From: Chrysomallon squamiferum
Taxonomy: Eukaryota; Animalia; Mollusca
Direction: 5' to 3'
DNA: 64,000 nucleotides
Assembly (NCBI GenBank): GCA_012295275.1
Contig: CM022666.1
Coordinates: forward strand, 868,001 to 932,000
Shown here: positions 61,772-64,000 of the stretch, in pieces
Position numbering within the stretch: the stretch's first letter is position 1
How the letters are laid out: the number at the start of each line of letters is the position of its first letter
The notes under the pieces: model-generated
Databases searched by the model: none
What the model saw: only the letters and a program-made list of their open reading frames with translations
Told to the model about the DNA's origin: nothing
Made by a program: the position numbers and the translations under genes

Positions 61772-64000
61772 GTAAGTGATATTAATGTGATCATATACAG
61801 AAAGTTTGTGACATCTTTTTAATTTAAAAACCCAAACAAACAGCTCCAAAAGTAAAAATAATGAAGAAAGAGAGAAAAAGAAAAGTAAAAGAAAAATGAA
61901 TAAAAAGTTTATAAAAGTTTTGATAATGCAAAAAATTTCTTTACATTTTACAAAAAGAATTAAAAAAAAAAAAGAATAAAATAAAAGAGTTAGATTAAAA
62001 TATGAAATTAAATAAACAGAATAATAATAACAACAAATAATAAAAAGAAATCAGTTCTTCAGTAATAACATTATTTTTATTACATCAACATTAAATTAAA
62101 TTCAGAATAACTTGAAATAATTATTGTTAATTGTTTCAGTTTTTAAAGTAACTGTTATCTCATTCAGTGTAACTCTCAGCTTTTGAGAGCAGTGTTATTT
62201 GTTTTGTTTATTTGACATTATCATGACCTTTTGTTTCCTGTACAAAGAGCTGCAGTATTTTCTCTCAGGACAAACACAAACATGTTCATTTTACAATTGA
62301 TTATGAAAAGATATTCACAAACATCTTGTTGCACGACTTTATTTGTTAACTATGTTTGTTTCTTTAATGCATCTTTTTATTATTTTTTTTTACTTTGATG
62401 GTTACTTTGCTAAGAAATGAATGTGAGAGGTATTTTAAGTATGTTCTGAAAACAAGGAAATCAACAATTGACTGTTTTATTAGTCATATGTTATTACTTT
62501 CTGTGTTTACTGTTCGTAATATGACACAGCAAAATGGAATGCCTTTTCTTTTGATTTTAACTGCCATATTGTCACCTTAGTAAGAAAAGGTTGTTTATGT
62601 ATAACATTTCAAGTATAGATGTTCCAGAGATAATCAAATGTCAATAACAAATCCATTAATCTTTTTGATTTCTTGAATTTCTCTTCACTTCTTTTTCTTC
62701 AGAATAAATGATATGTGCCATGACAGAGGAAATCCTAATTTGTACATAATATTAATTGGTTCGCATTAACAAAAATGTGTATATTTTTACCAACGTTTTT
62801 GCTATTTATTTACCTTCAGAATAACTGATCTCTTTCATGACAACAAGAATTCTAATTTAAGATTAACAAATAAGTTATCTGAACAGAGACAGTGGATATT
62901 CCAATAGCAGACAGTATACATGTGTTAACATTGACAAGCACATGTATATTATTACCGACATTGTTGCCACTACTTTTTCTTCAGTTGACTGATCTGTGTA
63001 ATGACAGTGTAAAATGTTAAAAAAGGAAAGAAATTGCAGTGACTCATTGGATTTCACATGCTTTATCTCCAGTCTGAGTTTTTCCCCAGCAAAAACTTGA
63101 ATAAGTTTGCAAGATAAGATTTATGAACTGACTTTGGTATTTCAGCTACACTAAAGTTATTTTGGTAAAAAAAAACTGGTTAATTTTGAATTTTCTATCG
63201 GTACAAAATTTATGAATTGTAATCTTTCTAATCTGAAGGAAATGATACTGAAGTTGCTGTTTGAATGTAACTAAAATTTTATTTATTTTTTCAAGGAATG
63301 TTTTTTTTTCCCTCCAAAAACCCCCAACAAAAACAAACAAACAAATAAACAAAAATAACGACAGTAGATATGTAGGAACCTATTTTATCTCACACATTTT
63401 GTAAAACCCTTCCCTTGGTACAGAACAAAGTAATTTCTGCAATTTCACATTGTAAAACTTAAATATATACATACATATATACTCATACACATAAATGTAT
63501 ATGCAGCTATGAAATCTTTATTTAATTGTTGAAAATTTTAACAGGTATTGTAATTAGTATATTTTATTTATATTTGTTTCAGTCATGTAGCATACACAGA
63601 CACAGATTCAAAAAAGGGTTAGCATTCACTTGTTATTTATGGGAATAAAAAAAAAAATCAAATGATCTGAATTATATGCATTCGTGGAACAGCATTTTCT
63701 TTCCAATTCATTTTTCGTCGTTTGCTTAAAAACCCTAAAATAAAGCCTATTTTGTGCTATTTTGTTAATGTAATGCTTTTGTTCATTAGCTGCTAACAAT
63801 GGTCAGACTGCAGAGGGTCTGTGAGCATCAGACTGAACAGAATGGAGCACCAGAGTGTGACATTTTCTTGTCTTTAAAATCATTTGGCCATCAATATTAA
63901 CACAGTTTTATGGTGCTTGGCCATTGAACCAGTATGAACATTGCACTTAATAATTACAAGGTGACCAGCCATGCCTAAAATCACTGCATCGTAGACCTAA

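Overview
AT-rich, intron-rich animal genomic DNA (invertebrate-like; a mollusc is plausible but cannot be proven here). Spliced genes reconstructed by hand, left to right: importin-5 first coding exon (-, continues off the left edge); Rab6 (-, 8 exons, last intron U12-type with two alternative terminal exons); an ankyrin-repeat/SOCS-box gene (+, head-to-head with Rab6); importin alpha-3/4 (KPNA3/4, -, 14 exons); EBPL (+) and a tandem EBPL pseudogene; a hAT transposase relic; and the CASK first coding exon (+, continues off the right edge). Best candidate for an undescribed system: a translational recoding cassette at the importin-alpha stop codon. UUU-UGA-C is followed by a 9-nt spacer and a ~19-bp stem-loop. 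Readthrough would append a tail ending in the CaaX-like motif CSCI, while a +1 slip would append 37 aa. Also notable: a minor-spliceosome choice between two 68-nt Rab6 tail exons (CAC vs CSC), six tandem copies of a Rab6 splice acceptor (five of them stop-generating decoys), a gene-conversion-like tract in the EBPL duplicate, and KPNA3-EBPL adjacency as in human. All functional claims are inferences from sequence alone.
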